38,970 nt of DNA from Candidatus Jorgensenbacteria bacterium GWA1_54_12 (GTDB taxonomy: Bacteria; Patescibacteriota; Minisyncoccia; UBA6257; GWB1-50-10). The notes beneath the pieces are model-generated. The model saw nothing but the letters and a program-made list of their open reading frames with translations, ran no database searches and was not told the DNA's origin. Every line of letters begins with the position of its first letter. Within the stretch, counting starts at the first letter, position 1. A program made the translations under genes and the position numbers. The stretch spans positions 63,241 through 102,210 of the forward strand of contig MFKH01000010.1 of the NCBI GenBank assembly GCA_001779505.1, given 5' to 3'. Positions 16,889-25,172 of the stretch are shown here, in pieces.

Positions 16889-17921
16889 CGAGGACGCAGA
16901 GCGCGCAGTAATGCGGCTCGACGCAAGCCCCTTGCGCGGCGCGCGCGTACTTCTCGCGGGAGCGAACGGTCTTCTTGGATCCTCTTTCGCGCATTTTTTT
17001 AACCACCTGAACCGCTCGCAGGGATTTGGTATTTCGTGCGACTGCGTAACAAAGAACGAGCTTTCACCAGAGTCGCGCATATACGACCTGCGTGAAGCGT
17101 CCGGCTTCCGAATAATACAGGCAAACCTTGCAACAGACACCCCTTATGATGGTGCATATGATTTTGTTATATACGCTGCCGGTTATTCCGCCCCGCTCCG
17201 CTTTCTTCGTGACCCTCTTGAGGTTGTGGAAGTGAATTACGACGGCATGAAACGCTTGCTTCGCCACGTGCGTGAGAAGAGCCAGCGGGCAAAGGTTTTG
17301 TATTTCAGCAGCAGTGAGATTTACGGCAGTCCGCCGCCCGAGAGCATTCCGACGCCAGAAACATACCCGGGTAACTCGCCAGTCACAAACCCACGCGCCT
17401 GTTACGTGGAATCAAAGCGGCTTACCGAAGTTATGTGCCTTATCTATCGCAGTCAGGGCATAGACGTGAAAATTGTGCGGCCGGCTCTAACCTACGGGCC
17501 GGGGCTGGGACTTCAGGACGAAAGAGTATTGAGCCAGTTCGTTAGGAAAGCCCACCTTGATAAGAAGATAGATATGCTGGACGACGGGCGCGACCTGCGT
17601 GCATACTGTTATGGGGAGGACATGCTTGTAGAACTACTTCTCATTCTTCTCAAAGGGAAGGAAGTGATTTACAACGCCGGTTCCGACAGGGAAGAGGTAA
17701 GCATTAAGGACCTTGCGCTCACAATAGGGAGCATTATGGGAGTTCCGGTCAATGTCGGGGCGCCGCGGCAAGGAGCGGTGGGAGCGCCGGGGCGAGTGCT
17801 TCTTGATATATCTAAAGTAAGAAACGAATTCGGCTTCGCTCCAAAAGTAACACTTGAAGAAGGACTTCGGAGAACCATTCAGTGGGCGACATCAAATTCA
17901 GAGAATCAAAATAATGAATAA
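16863..17921 (+). CDS. extended SDR, UDP-glucuronate-decarboxylase/ArnA-C-like NAD-dependent epimerase/dehydratase
   Basis: Rossmann motif VLLAGANGLLGS, then SSSEIYG and PRACYVESKRLTE (YxxxK). The start could instead be ATG 16911. Confidence 0.85.
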   Translation: MTAREEIVNEDAERAVMRLDASPLRGARVLLAGANGLLGSSFAHFFNHLNRSQGFGISCDCVTKNELSPESRIYDLREASGFRIIQANLATDTPYDGAYDFVIYAAGYSAPLRFLRDPLEVVEVNYDGMKRLLRHVREKSQRAKVLYFSSSEIYGSPPPESIPTPETYPGNSPVTNPRACYVESKRLTEVMCLIYRSQGIDVKIVRPALTYGPGLGLQDERVLSQFVRKAHLDKKIDMLDDGRDLRAYCYGEDMLVELLLILLKGKEVIYNAGSDREEVSIKDLALTIGSIMGVPVNVGAPRQGAVGAPGRVLLDISKVRNEFGFAPKVTLEEGLRRTIQWATSNSENQNNE

Positions 17922-18339
17922 AACAGAGAAATCGAAAATTACCTTCTTTAAAGCAGACATCTCAACGCATGAGGATAATCGCCGCCGGATTTTTGGCATT
18001 GTTTTACCTGCCGAGATTAATTTTGCGGCAAGGGGAGTGAAAACGATAAATTTTTCAAGAAGCGGGGTAGTGGTCGGGAATCACTACCACACCATTGAAT
18101 CGGGGCGAATTGAGGTTTACATCGGAATCGGCGCTCCGGGAGTGGAACTTTTCAACTTTGCGTATCGTGACGGCGGGGAAATAAAAGAAAGGATTATTTT
18201 CAATGGAGACAGCTGTTTTATCCCGCCCGGCTGCACACATTCCTTTAAGGTGCTTTCCGAGAACGCATCGTTGTGGGGATTTTCAAATCTTGAAGGATAC
18301 GACCCGGCGCACGACGAGAAAGACGTCATATTAACTTAG
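17914..18339 (+). CDS. small cupin-fold protein, sugar-nucleotide epimerase/isomerase-like (RmlC/WxcM-like)
   Basis: 141 aa with GNHYH and FIPPGCTHSF cupin motifs. Paralogous to 26262..26657. Start ATG 17914 overlaps the upstream stop by 8 nt. Confidence 0.65.
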   Translation: MNKTEKSKITFFKADISTHEDNRRRIFGIVLPAEINFAARGVKTINFSRSGVVVGNHYHTIESGRIEVYIGIGAPGVELFNFAYRDGGEIKERIIFNGDSCFIPPGCTHSFKVLSENASLWGFSNLEGYDPAHDEKDVILT

Positions 18340-18350
18340 TTGTGTTTTTA

Positions 18351-18370
18351 TGGCTTCTTAAAAGAAGCCA
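18351..18370. other. perfect 9-bp-arm palindrome TGGCTTCTT-AA-AAGAAGCCA in an 80-nt intergenic gap
   Basis: Read directly. There is no downstream T-tract, so it is not a canonical terminator. A consensus TTGACA follows at 18377-18382. Confidence 0.3.
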
Positions 18371-18419
18371 AGGATATTGACAATTTGAGTTCGGGACAAA
18401 AATTCGGAAATAGGCTCAT

Positions 18420-19376
18420 ATGACAAAAACAAAACATATCACGCCAGCCGACTTTGAAGCTGTATGGGGCGGACCCTTGAGCGATTATGTAAAGGGGAAA
18501 ATAGAGAAATACGACCTGCGCTACGAGGAATGCACCCGAGAGGAGCGTGACAAGTGGCTTCGCTTCATCTGCGAGGTCCTTTTACATCCGCGCGAACTCA
18601 TAAAAGCGGGGTCTCACCGAGAGCAGGAGTGGGAAAAAGGATGGAGTGAAAACGCAAAGGCGTTTGCCGCGTCCCGAAATATCTCGGATATCTATCCGCA
18701 CTACTTCGGGAAATATCCGGTAGGGCGGTGGCGCGGCGATTTGGTGAAGCCGGTAAGCGCGGACTATGAACGCCTCATGTTTGCCGTCATCCAGGACTGG
18801 CTTTTTGACATGTACCTGAAAGACACGAATGCCATTTATGAATTCGGGTGCGGTACGGGGCATAACCTGCTCCGCGCACGCGCGGCGAACCCTCGCGCAG
18901 CGCTCATGGGGTTTGATTGGGCAGAGTCGTCAGGAGACACCATTCGTAGCATGCGGGAAGCGGGAATTTTGGATAACGTTTTTTTCTCGCGGTTCGATTT
19001 CTTTAATCCCGATGCTACTGTTGCGTTTTCTCCCAATACAGGCGTCTACACGGCTGCGGCGCTTGAGCAAATCGGCAACAAATTTGAACCATTCCTCCAA
19101 TTTCTTCTCAAGAAGAAACCGAAAGTATGCGTGCACATAGAACCTATTGCCGAGCTTTTGGACGAAACGAAGCTCTTAGATTACCTTTCCTTGGAGTACT
19201 TCAAGGCGCGGAATTATCTCTTCGGTTTCCTCACGCGCCTGCGGGAACTTGAAAAGGAAGGATACATAACAATTCACCGCGCACAGTGCACACACATTGG
19301 CAGCTTGTTTATAGAAGGATATTCGGTTGTCGTATGGTCTCCGCGTTCGCTTGAAGAGCCGAGAAAAAGCGATTAG
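18420..19376 (+). CDS. class I SAM-dependent methyltransferase with unknown N-terminal domain
   Basis: Motif I IYEFGCGTGHNLL in the middle of a 318-aa protein. I do not recognise the roughly 140-aa N-terminal region. Confidence 0.7.
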   Translation: MTKTKHITPADFEAVWGGPLSDYVKGKIEKYDLRYEECTREERDKWLRFICEVLLHPRELIKAGSHREQEWEKGWSENAKAFAASRNISDIYPHYFGKYPVGRWRGDLVKPVSADYERLMFAVIQDWLFDMYLKDTNAIYEFGCGTGHNLLRARAANPRAALMGFDWAESSGDTIRSMREAGILDNVFFSRFDFFNPDATVAFSPNTGVYTAAALEQIGNKFEPFLQFLLKKKPKVCVHIEPIAELLDETKLLDYLSLEYFKARNYLFGFLTRLRELEKEGYITIHRAQCTHIGSLFIEGYSVVVWSPRSLEEPRKSD

Positions 19377-19387
19377 AGTAGGAAAAC

Positions 19388-20185
19388 ATGTCAAAAACAG
19401 CAATCGGCATTATTGGTGTCGGCTACGTTGGCGGCGCGCTTCACGGGTGGTTTAAAAGTCAGCCGGAGCGCTTTGACGTTTTTGTATACGACAAATTCAA
19501 GCGTCTTGGCTCTCCAGATGAAGTGAATCGTGCCAGCATCATTTTTGTTGCGACACCAACCCCTTTCCGCGAAGACGCAGGGGGGTATGACGATTCTGCA
19601 ATCCGCGACGCGCTTGCAAATATCCGCGACGGAAAGATGATAGTCATCAAGTCATCGGTCACCCCGGGCTCAACCGAACGGTTCCAAAAGGAGCATCCGC
19701 AGAAGATTCTCCTCTTCAGTCCGGAGTTCCTCAAGGCGCAGAACGCCGCGAGTGATTTCGTGAACTCCGAGCGCCAGATTGTAGGATATGCGGATGAGAA
19801 ACACAGGGGAAAAGCTGCGGAGATACTCGCCATCCTGCCTCCAGCTCCCTACATGAAAGTGATGCGCGCAACCGAAGCGGAGATGGTGAAATTTTTCGGC
19901 AACACATACCTTGCGACGCGCGTGGTGTTTGCCAATCAAATCTACGACCTCTGCGAGAAACTGGGTATTGATTACAACGCGGTGAAAGAAGGAGTCGGGC
20001 AGGACCCGCGCATCGGCACGAGCCACCTGGAAGTTCTGCATGGTGAGCACCGAGGCTATGGCGGCCTGTGTTTCCCAAAAGACATGAAGGCGTTTATCCA
20101 ATTCGCCGAAGCGCTTGGAGTAGACCTCGCTCTTCACAAAAGAGCGGATGAGGTGAACGAGAAACTGAAAAAAATACGGATATAA
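19388..20185 (+). CDS. nucleotide-sugar (UDP-glucose/GDP-mannose) dehydrogenase family protein lacking the C-terminal domain
   Basis: IGIIGVGYVGGAL (NAD fold), FVATPTP, SPEFLKAQNA, and catalytic Cys context GYGGLCFPKDMKAF. The protein ends about 40 aa later at 265 aa. Confidence 0.8.
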   Translation: MSKTAIGIIGVGYVGGALHGWFKSQPERFDVFVYDKFKRLGSPDEVNRASIIFVATPTPFREDAGGYDDSAIRDALANIRDGKMIVIKSSVTPGSTERFQKEHPQKILLFSPEFLKAQNAASDFVNSERQIVGYADEKHRGKAAEILAILPPAPYMKVMRATEAEMVKFFGNTYLATRVVFANQIYDLCEKLGIDYNAVKEGVGQDPRIGTSHLEVLHGEHRGYGGLCFPKDMKAFIQFAEALGVDLALHKRADEVNEKLKKIRI

Positions 20186-20204
20186 TCTCCCGAAGTGTGA
20201 TAAT

Positions 20205-20948
20205 ATGCCATACATGAAGTACATGTCGAACGTGAGGGAAATTGTGAAACGCATTTTGAGCTGGGGTAGCCCAGAAAAGTATGTCCGGAAACTGCATGAG
20301 AGTAAGAAATATTTGGAGGCATACAGCGAACATACCGATTCACGCATCACGACTGAACCTCACAATGCAATCGGTGGGTCGTGGGAAGAAATGGGAAAAC
20401 TCCAGTTTGATTTTCTAGTGAAGAGAGGTCTCAGGCCGCACCATACGCTGCTTGACGTGGGGTGTGGCACCTTGCGGGGTGGGAGACATTTCATTAAGTA
20501 CTTGAACGCTGGGAATTATACAGGCTTTGATATTTCCCCGAAGGCGATAGAATACGGCAGGAAACTTGTGGAAGAAGAAAGGCTTACGGACAAGATACCG
20601 GTGCTTTTCGTGAGTGAGGAGAAAAATCTGAAATTTGAAGAACTCCGAGGAAAAACGTTTGATTTTCTTCTCGCTCAATCGGTTTTAACGCACCTTCCCC
20701 CAGAGTCGATTGAAGAACTTTTTGAGAATATCGGTAAAGTCATGAAGGAGAAATCCTCCTTTTACTTCACGTATTTTGATGGGGAACGGTACAAACATTT
20801 TTCCATAGAAGATTTCCGCTATCCATTCTCTCACCTTGAGTCGCTAGCGAAGGAGCACGGGTTTTCCGTAAAGGATTACTCAAACGAATATCCGCACCCG
20901 ATAGGGCAGAAAATGATTGAAGTAGTCCGCCATGGCGCAGGTCTCTAA
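20205..20948 (+). CDS. class I SAM-dependent methyltransferase
   Basis: LLDVGCGTLRGGRHF (motif I), DISPKAIEYG and FDFLLAQSVLTHLP. Confidence 0.8.
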   Translation: MPYMKYMSNVREIVKRILSWGSPEKYVRKLHESKKYLEAYSEHTDSRITTEPHNAIGGSWEEMGKLQFDFLVKRGLRPHHTLLDVGCGTLRGGRHFIKYLNAGNYTGFDISPKAIEYGRKLVEEERLTDKIPVLFVSEEKNLKFEELRGKTFDFLLAQSVLTHLPPESIEELFENIGKVMKEKSSFYFTYFDGERYKHFSIEDFRYPFSHLESLAKEHGFSVKDYSNEYPHPIGQKMIEVVRHGAGL

Positions 20949-21909
20949 AAAAGTTGCCGCGGAGCTGTATCAGAAGGCATACCTCATCCGCAGCGCGGAG
21001 CGGAAAATATGCGACAACTATCCGAAAGACGTCATGCAGTCGCCGATGCACATGTCTATGGGGGAGGAGGGGATAGTCGCAGGCGTGTGCCAGGCGCTCA
21101 AAAAGAAGGACCAAGTGTTCGGCACGTATCGGAGCCACGGTCTGTACCTAGCGAAGACCGGCGAAACGGATGACTTTTTTGCCGAGATGTATGGAAAAGT
21201 TTCCGGCATTGCGAACGGCAAGGCGGGGTCTATGTTTTTATCGCGGCCCGCGGCGGGACTCATAAGCGTCTCGGCCGTTGTAACAACAGCCATCCCAGTC
21301 GCTGTTGGAGCGGCGTACGCGAACAAACTGAAGAGAAACGGGAAAATAACTGCGGTCTTCTTTGGCGATGGAGCATTGGAGGAGGGAGCGTTTTGGGAAA
21401 GTTTGAATTTTGCCTGTTTGAAACAGGTGCCGATACTTTTTGTTTGCGAAGACAATGGGTTTGCCATTCAAACTCCTCTGCGCGCCCGGCGGGGTTACGC
21501 GTCAATTATCGACATCGTGAGCAGGTTTAAGAGCAATGTATTTCAAGGAGAAACAACCAACCCTGAAGTTATCTACGGTACCGCGCTGAAAGCAATTGCG
21601 GCAGTGAAGAAAACGCGCAAGCCAGCCTTTCTGCGCTTCAAGTATTACCGGTATTTGGAACACGTGGGCGTCCGCGACGATTTTGCCGTTGGCTACCGTC
21701 CCCGGAACGAATTCAAGAAATGGGAGAAAATTGATCCGGTCAAAGTTATGCGGAAGAATCTTTTGAGAAAGGGCATGACAGAGAAGACGGTGGTGGGGAT
21801 GGAGAAAGCGATAGAAAAGAAAGTGGAACGGAGCGTTGCGCGCGCCGAAAAGGCTCCGTTCCCGCCGAGGTCAGATTTGTATAAAGACATTTTCTATGAA
21901 AAGAAATGA
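20932..21909 (+). CDS. ThDP-dependent dehydrogenase E1 component, alpha subunit (PDH/acetoin-DH type)
   Basis: MHMSMGEEGIVAGV, YRSHG and FFGDGALEEGAFWESLNFACLKQVPILFVCEDNGFAIQTP (ThDP motif). Confidence 0.88.
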   Translation: MAQVSKKVAAELYQKAYLIRSAERKICDNYPKDVMQSPMHMSMGEEGIVAGVCQALKKKDQVFGTYRSHGLYLAKTGETDDFFAEMYGKVSGIANGKAGSMFLSRPAAGLISVSAVVTTAIPVAVGAAYANKLKRNGKITAVFFGDGALEEGAFWESLNFACLKQVPILFVCEDNGFAIQTPLRARRGYASIIDIVSRFKSNVFQGETTNPEVIYGTALKAIAAVKKTRKPAFLRFKYYRYLEHVGVRDDFAVGYRPRNEFKKWEKIDPVKVMRKNLLRKGMTEKTVVGMEKAIEKKVERSVARAEKAPFPPRSDLYKDIFYEKK

Positions 21910-22948
21910 ACGTTTCATAAGTTATAAGGACGCTCTGCGGGAGGCGCTCTTGCAGGAAATGGAACGGGATCGCCGGGTTTTTGTTTACGGTCTCGGTGTG
22001 CCAGATAACAATGCCGTCTTTGGCACGACAAGGGGATTGAAAGAGCGGTTCGGGCCGGAACGGGTTTTTGACACGCCGCTCTCCGAAGACGCAATGACGG
22101 GAATCGGGTTGGGCGCAGCCATTAATGGTCTGAAGCCCGTTCACCACCACATCAGAGTTGATTTCCTGCTTTTGGCCTTCAATCAGCTGGCGAACATGGT
22201 TTCCATTTTGCGGTACGGTTCTGGGGGAAAGGTAACGATTCCCTTCGTCATACGGGCAATTATTGGCAGAGGATGGGGACAAGGTCTCCAACATTCAAAA
22301 TCAATGCAGTCGGTATTCGCGCACATTCCCGGGCTCAAGGTGATCATGCCTTCAACGCCGCACGATGCAAAGGGGCTTCTTACTGCCGCTATACGGGATG
22401 AAAATCCGGTCATATGTTTGGAGCACCGGTGGCTATATGACCAGGAAGGAAATGTTCCTTTGAAACAATTTACCGTTCCCTTAGGGAAGAGCAAGGTTCT
22501 GCGGAGAGGAAATGATGTAACTGTTGTTGCAACTTCCTGGATGAATATTGAAGCGAGGCACGCCTCTGAAATCTTAAAGAAAAGGGGCGTGAGCGTTGAA
22601 ATTGTAGATCCGCGAACCATACAGCCGTTGGATGAAGCCACCATCATTCGTTCGGTAAAAAAGACCAGCCACTGCATTGTCGCAGATAATGACTGGCTGA
22701 ACTGCGGCTTCAGCGCAGAAGTGGCGGCAAGGGTTTCGCGGGAATGCTTTGGCGAACTCAAATCGCCGGTTGAGCGGATCGGTTTTGCGCCGACGCCGTG
22801 CCCCATGACGCGGGTTCTAGAAGACGAGTTTTACCCGAACGCAGGAGATATTGTGAGAGCCATTGAAAAAGCGCTGAAATTGAAGCCAATGGACCTCTCA
22901 AAAGAACGATTCTACAGCCACGAGAACAGATTCAAGGGTCCTTTCTAA
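21896..22948 (+). CDS. ThDP-dependent dehydrogenase E1 component, beta subunit
   Basis: ISYKDALREALLQEMERDRRVFVYG and FDTPLSEDAMTGIGLGAAINGLKP, followed by a transketolase-C-like tail. Start ATG 21896 overlaps the alpha-subunit stop by 14 nt. Confidence 0.88.
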   Translation: MKRNERFISYKDALREALLQEMERDRRVFVYGLGVPDNNAVFGTTRGLKERFGPERVFDTPLSEDAMTGIGLGAAINGLKPVHHHIRVDFLLLAFNQLANMVSILRYGSGGKVTIPFVIRAIIGRGWGQGLQHSKSMQSVFAHIPGLKVIMPSTPHDAKGLLTAAIRDENPVICLEHRWLYDQEGNVPLKQFTVPLGKSKVLRRGNDVTVVATSWMNIEARHASEILKKRGVSVEIVDPRTIQPLDEATIIRSVKKTSHCIVADNDWLNCGFSAEVAARVSRECFGELKSPVERIGFAPTPCPMTRVLEDEFYPNAGDIVRAIEKALKLKPMDLSKERFYSHENRFKGPF

Positions 22949-24225
22949 TGAGAATATCTCAAAATCTTAAGAGCGTTTGTTTTTTTCTCTTCCTCGCGGC
23001 AGTACTTATCGCTCTTATCGTTTTTCTTAATCTATCCCTCATGCAGGCCGCAAAAGACGGCGGGGACAGTAGTTGGTATGTTGCAATGGCTGAAGGTCGT
23101 CTCCACGAGGTCATAGAGCCCTACTCCGCGCGTTTTCTGCACACGTCGCTTGCCGGCTGGCTGAGCAAGCTCTTCTCAACGGATGCGGCGCATGGTTTTT
23201 TGGTTCTTGCCGTCTTTTCGGTTTTTGCATTCCTCCTTATAGGCGGATTTCTTCTCAAGAAAACGATTCCTTCCCCCTTGCTCCTCATGTTTCTTTTCGC
23301 CGTGCCGTATCTTGTCATGGTTTTAAGGAGGAATATCCAGCCGGATGCATTTTCGCTTTTTCTCACAGCTCTCTTTTTCCTCCTTTTGTTTTATGAGAAA
23401 GAAAAGACGGCGCTTATTACCCTCTTCCTTTTGTTTCTTACGCGCGAAACGACAATTCTTTTGGGTGTCATTCTTGTTGCCGTATCGTGGTTTCGCGGGA
23501 AGAAGCTATTTGCCCTCGGGGCGCTTGTCGTCGTAATCATCTCATTCCTGGTGAGCGGTTCCATAAGCGGGATAGGTCAGCCGAATTCGCACGACCTGAA
23601 CCCTCTTGTTTTCATGATGTTCAAATTTCCGTACCACTTCCTGGCAAATGGTATGGGTGTGCGATTATGGGTGACGGGCTACGATTTTTGCGAGCCAGTG
23701 CTTAAATTGCAGCTACCGCCGCTTGGTGTATTGGGGTCAATACGCGAAGTAGGCTTTTGTGGATTTGATGCCGCCCTGCCTTTAAGAAACTATATCGCGC
23801 TTTTCTCGACGTTCGGCGTCATGCCTCTCGCATTCGTCTATGCGTTCGCAAAAAAGGGCTGGCGCACCATGAAAGAACTTCCGTTTTGGTTTCCGGTTGC
23901 GGTCATATATGGTCTTGCCATGTACGCGGTAAGCATTCCTGCTGGAACGGGTGTTTCACGCATTGTTGGTTACGCATGGCCTGTGTTCCTGCTTGCGACG
24001 CCGTTTCTTGTGGCACCGTTTGTAAGGGAAAATAGGCGGTTTCTTGCAAAGTTCGCCGGCACTCAGGTGTTCGCCGCATGGATGCCATTTATTGTCCAGG
24101 AAGCGGGAGGTTTCGCATCGGTTCCGGTTATGTTTTTCACGCTCGCAGCGCTCGGTGCAGCGTATGTATATACCTTTTTACTTCTTAAGAAAACTTTCTC
24201 ATCTCATTTTCCGGTGATAGGATAA
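22948..24225 (+). CDS. polytopic membrane protein (candidate GT-C-type glycosyltransferase or glycan polymerase)
   Basis: 425 aa, many hydrophobic helices, and an acidic first loop (AAKDGGDSSWYVAMAEG). I could not assign a family by eye. Confidence 0.7.
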   Translation: MRISQNLKSVCFFLFLAAVLIALIVFLNLSLMQAAKDGGDSSWYVAMAEGRLHEVIEPYSARFLHTSLAGWLSKLFSTDAAHGFLVLAVFSVFAFLLIGGFLLKKTIPSPLLLMFLFAVPYLVMVLRRNIQPDAFSLFLTALFFLLLFYEKEKTALITLFLLFLTRETTILLGVILVAVSWFRGKKLFALGALVVVIISFLVSGSISGIGQPNSHDLNPLVFMMFKFPYHFLANGMGVRLWVTGYDFCEPVLKLQLPPLGVLGSIREVGFCGFDAALPLRNYIALFSTFGVMPLAFVYAFAKKGWRTMKELPFWFPVAVIYGLAMYAVSIPAGTGVSRIVGYAWPVFLLATPFLVAPFVRENRRFLAKFAGTQVFAAWMPFIVQEAGGFASVPVMFFTLAALGAAYVYTFLLLKKTFSSHFPVIG

Positions 24226-24230
24226 CCATC

Positions 24231-25172
24231 ATGGAACAGGGTATGGAAAAATGCAGGGTGCTGGTGACGGGAGGGCTGGGTTCAATCGGTCACATCCTAT
24301 GCGCCCGCCTCATACGCGAAGGATACGAGGTCGTTATCGTTGACGACCTCTCTGTTGGACGAAAGGAATTCCTGGAAAACCTACCGGGAGTGAAGCTTTA
24401 CGAGTGCGATGTAGCAGATAACCGAGGTTTAGAGAAGGTTTTCGGAGAAAGCGATGTTGGCGCGGTAGTACATCTTGCCGCAAAGCATTACATACCGTAT
24501 TGCGAGGAACATCCAAAAGAAACGGTACGGGTTAACGTCGTCGGAACGCTGAACGTGCTGGAAGCAATGAGACAGCACGCGGTGCCGCGTCTTGTTTTTG
24601 CGTCAACATCATCGGTATACAAACCAGGAGAAAGACCCTACCAGGAAGACGACTCTCTTGAACCGGTCAACGTGTATGGCGCGACGAAACTCGTGTGTGA
24701 GGAGGCTGTGAAGCGATTTTCTCCGCAGTATGGCGTTGCGTACACAATATTACGGTTTATGAACGTGTACGGCCCAGACGATCTGGTGCATCATGTGATC
24801 CCGGAAATGGTAAAACAGGCGCGTTCTTCGGATGTGATAAAGGTGGGGAACACGGAAAGCAAGAGGGATTTTATAAAATCGGAAGACATCGCCGACGCCA
24901 TCGTCAGATGCCTAGAAAACGATGTCGCCCGCAATAATGTTTACAACGTAGGAACAGGCAAGGCGCTGTCGGTCAAAGAGGTATTTGATGCGTTGTGCAA
25001 GGCAGCGAATAGAAAGCTCGTGCTTGAAGTTGATGAAACGAGGAAAAGGAAGGTAGATCCGCCCGTGCTTCATGCCGATATTTCAAAAATAATGAGAGAA
25101 CTTGGCTGGCAGCCGGGCAAGGAATTCTCCCTTGAAGAAACATTCGCAAAAACAAGATTTTGGCCTGCATGA
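24231..25172 (+). CDS. NAD-dependent sugar epimerase/dehydratase (GalE-like extended SDR)
   Basis: VLVTGGLGSIGHIL, STSSVY and YGATKLVCE (YxxxK). Confidence 0.88.
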   Translation: MEQGMEKCRVLVTGGLGSIGHILCARLIREGYEVVIVDDLSVGRKEFLENLPGVKLYECDVADNRGLEKVFGESDVGAVVHLAAKHYIPYCEEHPKETVRVNVVGTLNVLEAMRQHAVPRLVFASTSSVYKPGERPYQEDDSLEPVNVYGATKLVCEEAVKRFSPQYGVAYTILRFMNVYGPDDLVHHVIPEMVKQARSSDVIKVGNTESKRDFIKSEDIADAIVRCLENDVARNNVYNVGTGKALSVKEVFDALCKAANRKLVLEVDETRKRKVDPPVLHADISKIMRELGWQPGKEFSLEETFAKTRFWPA

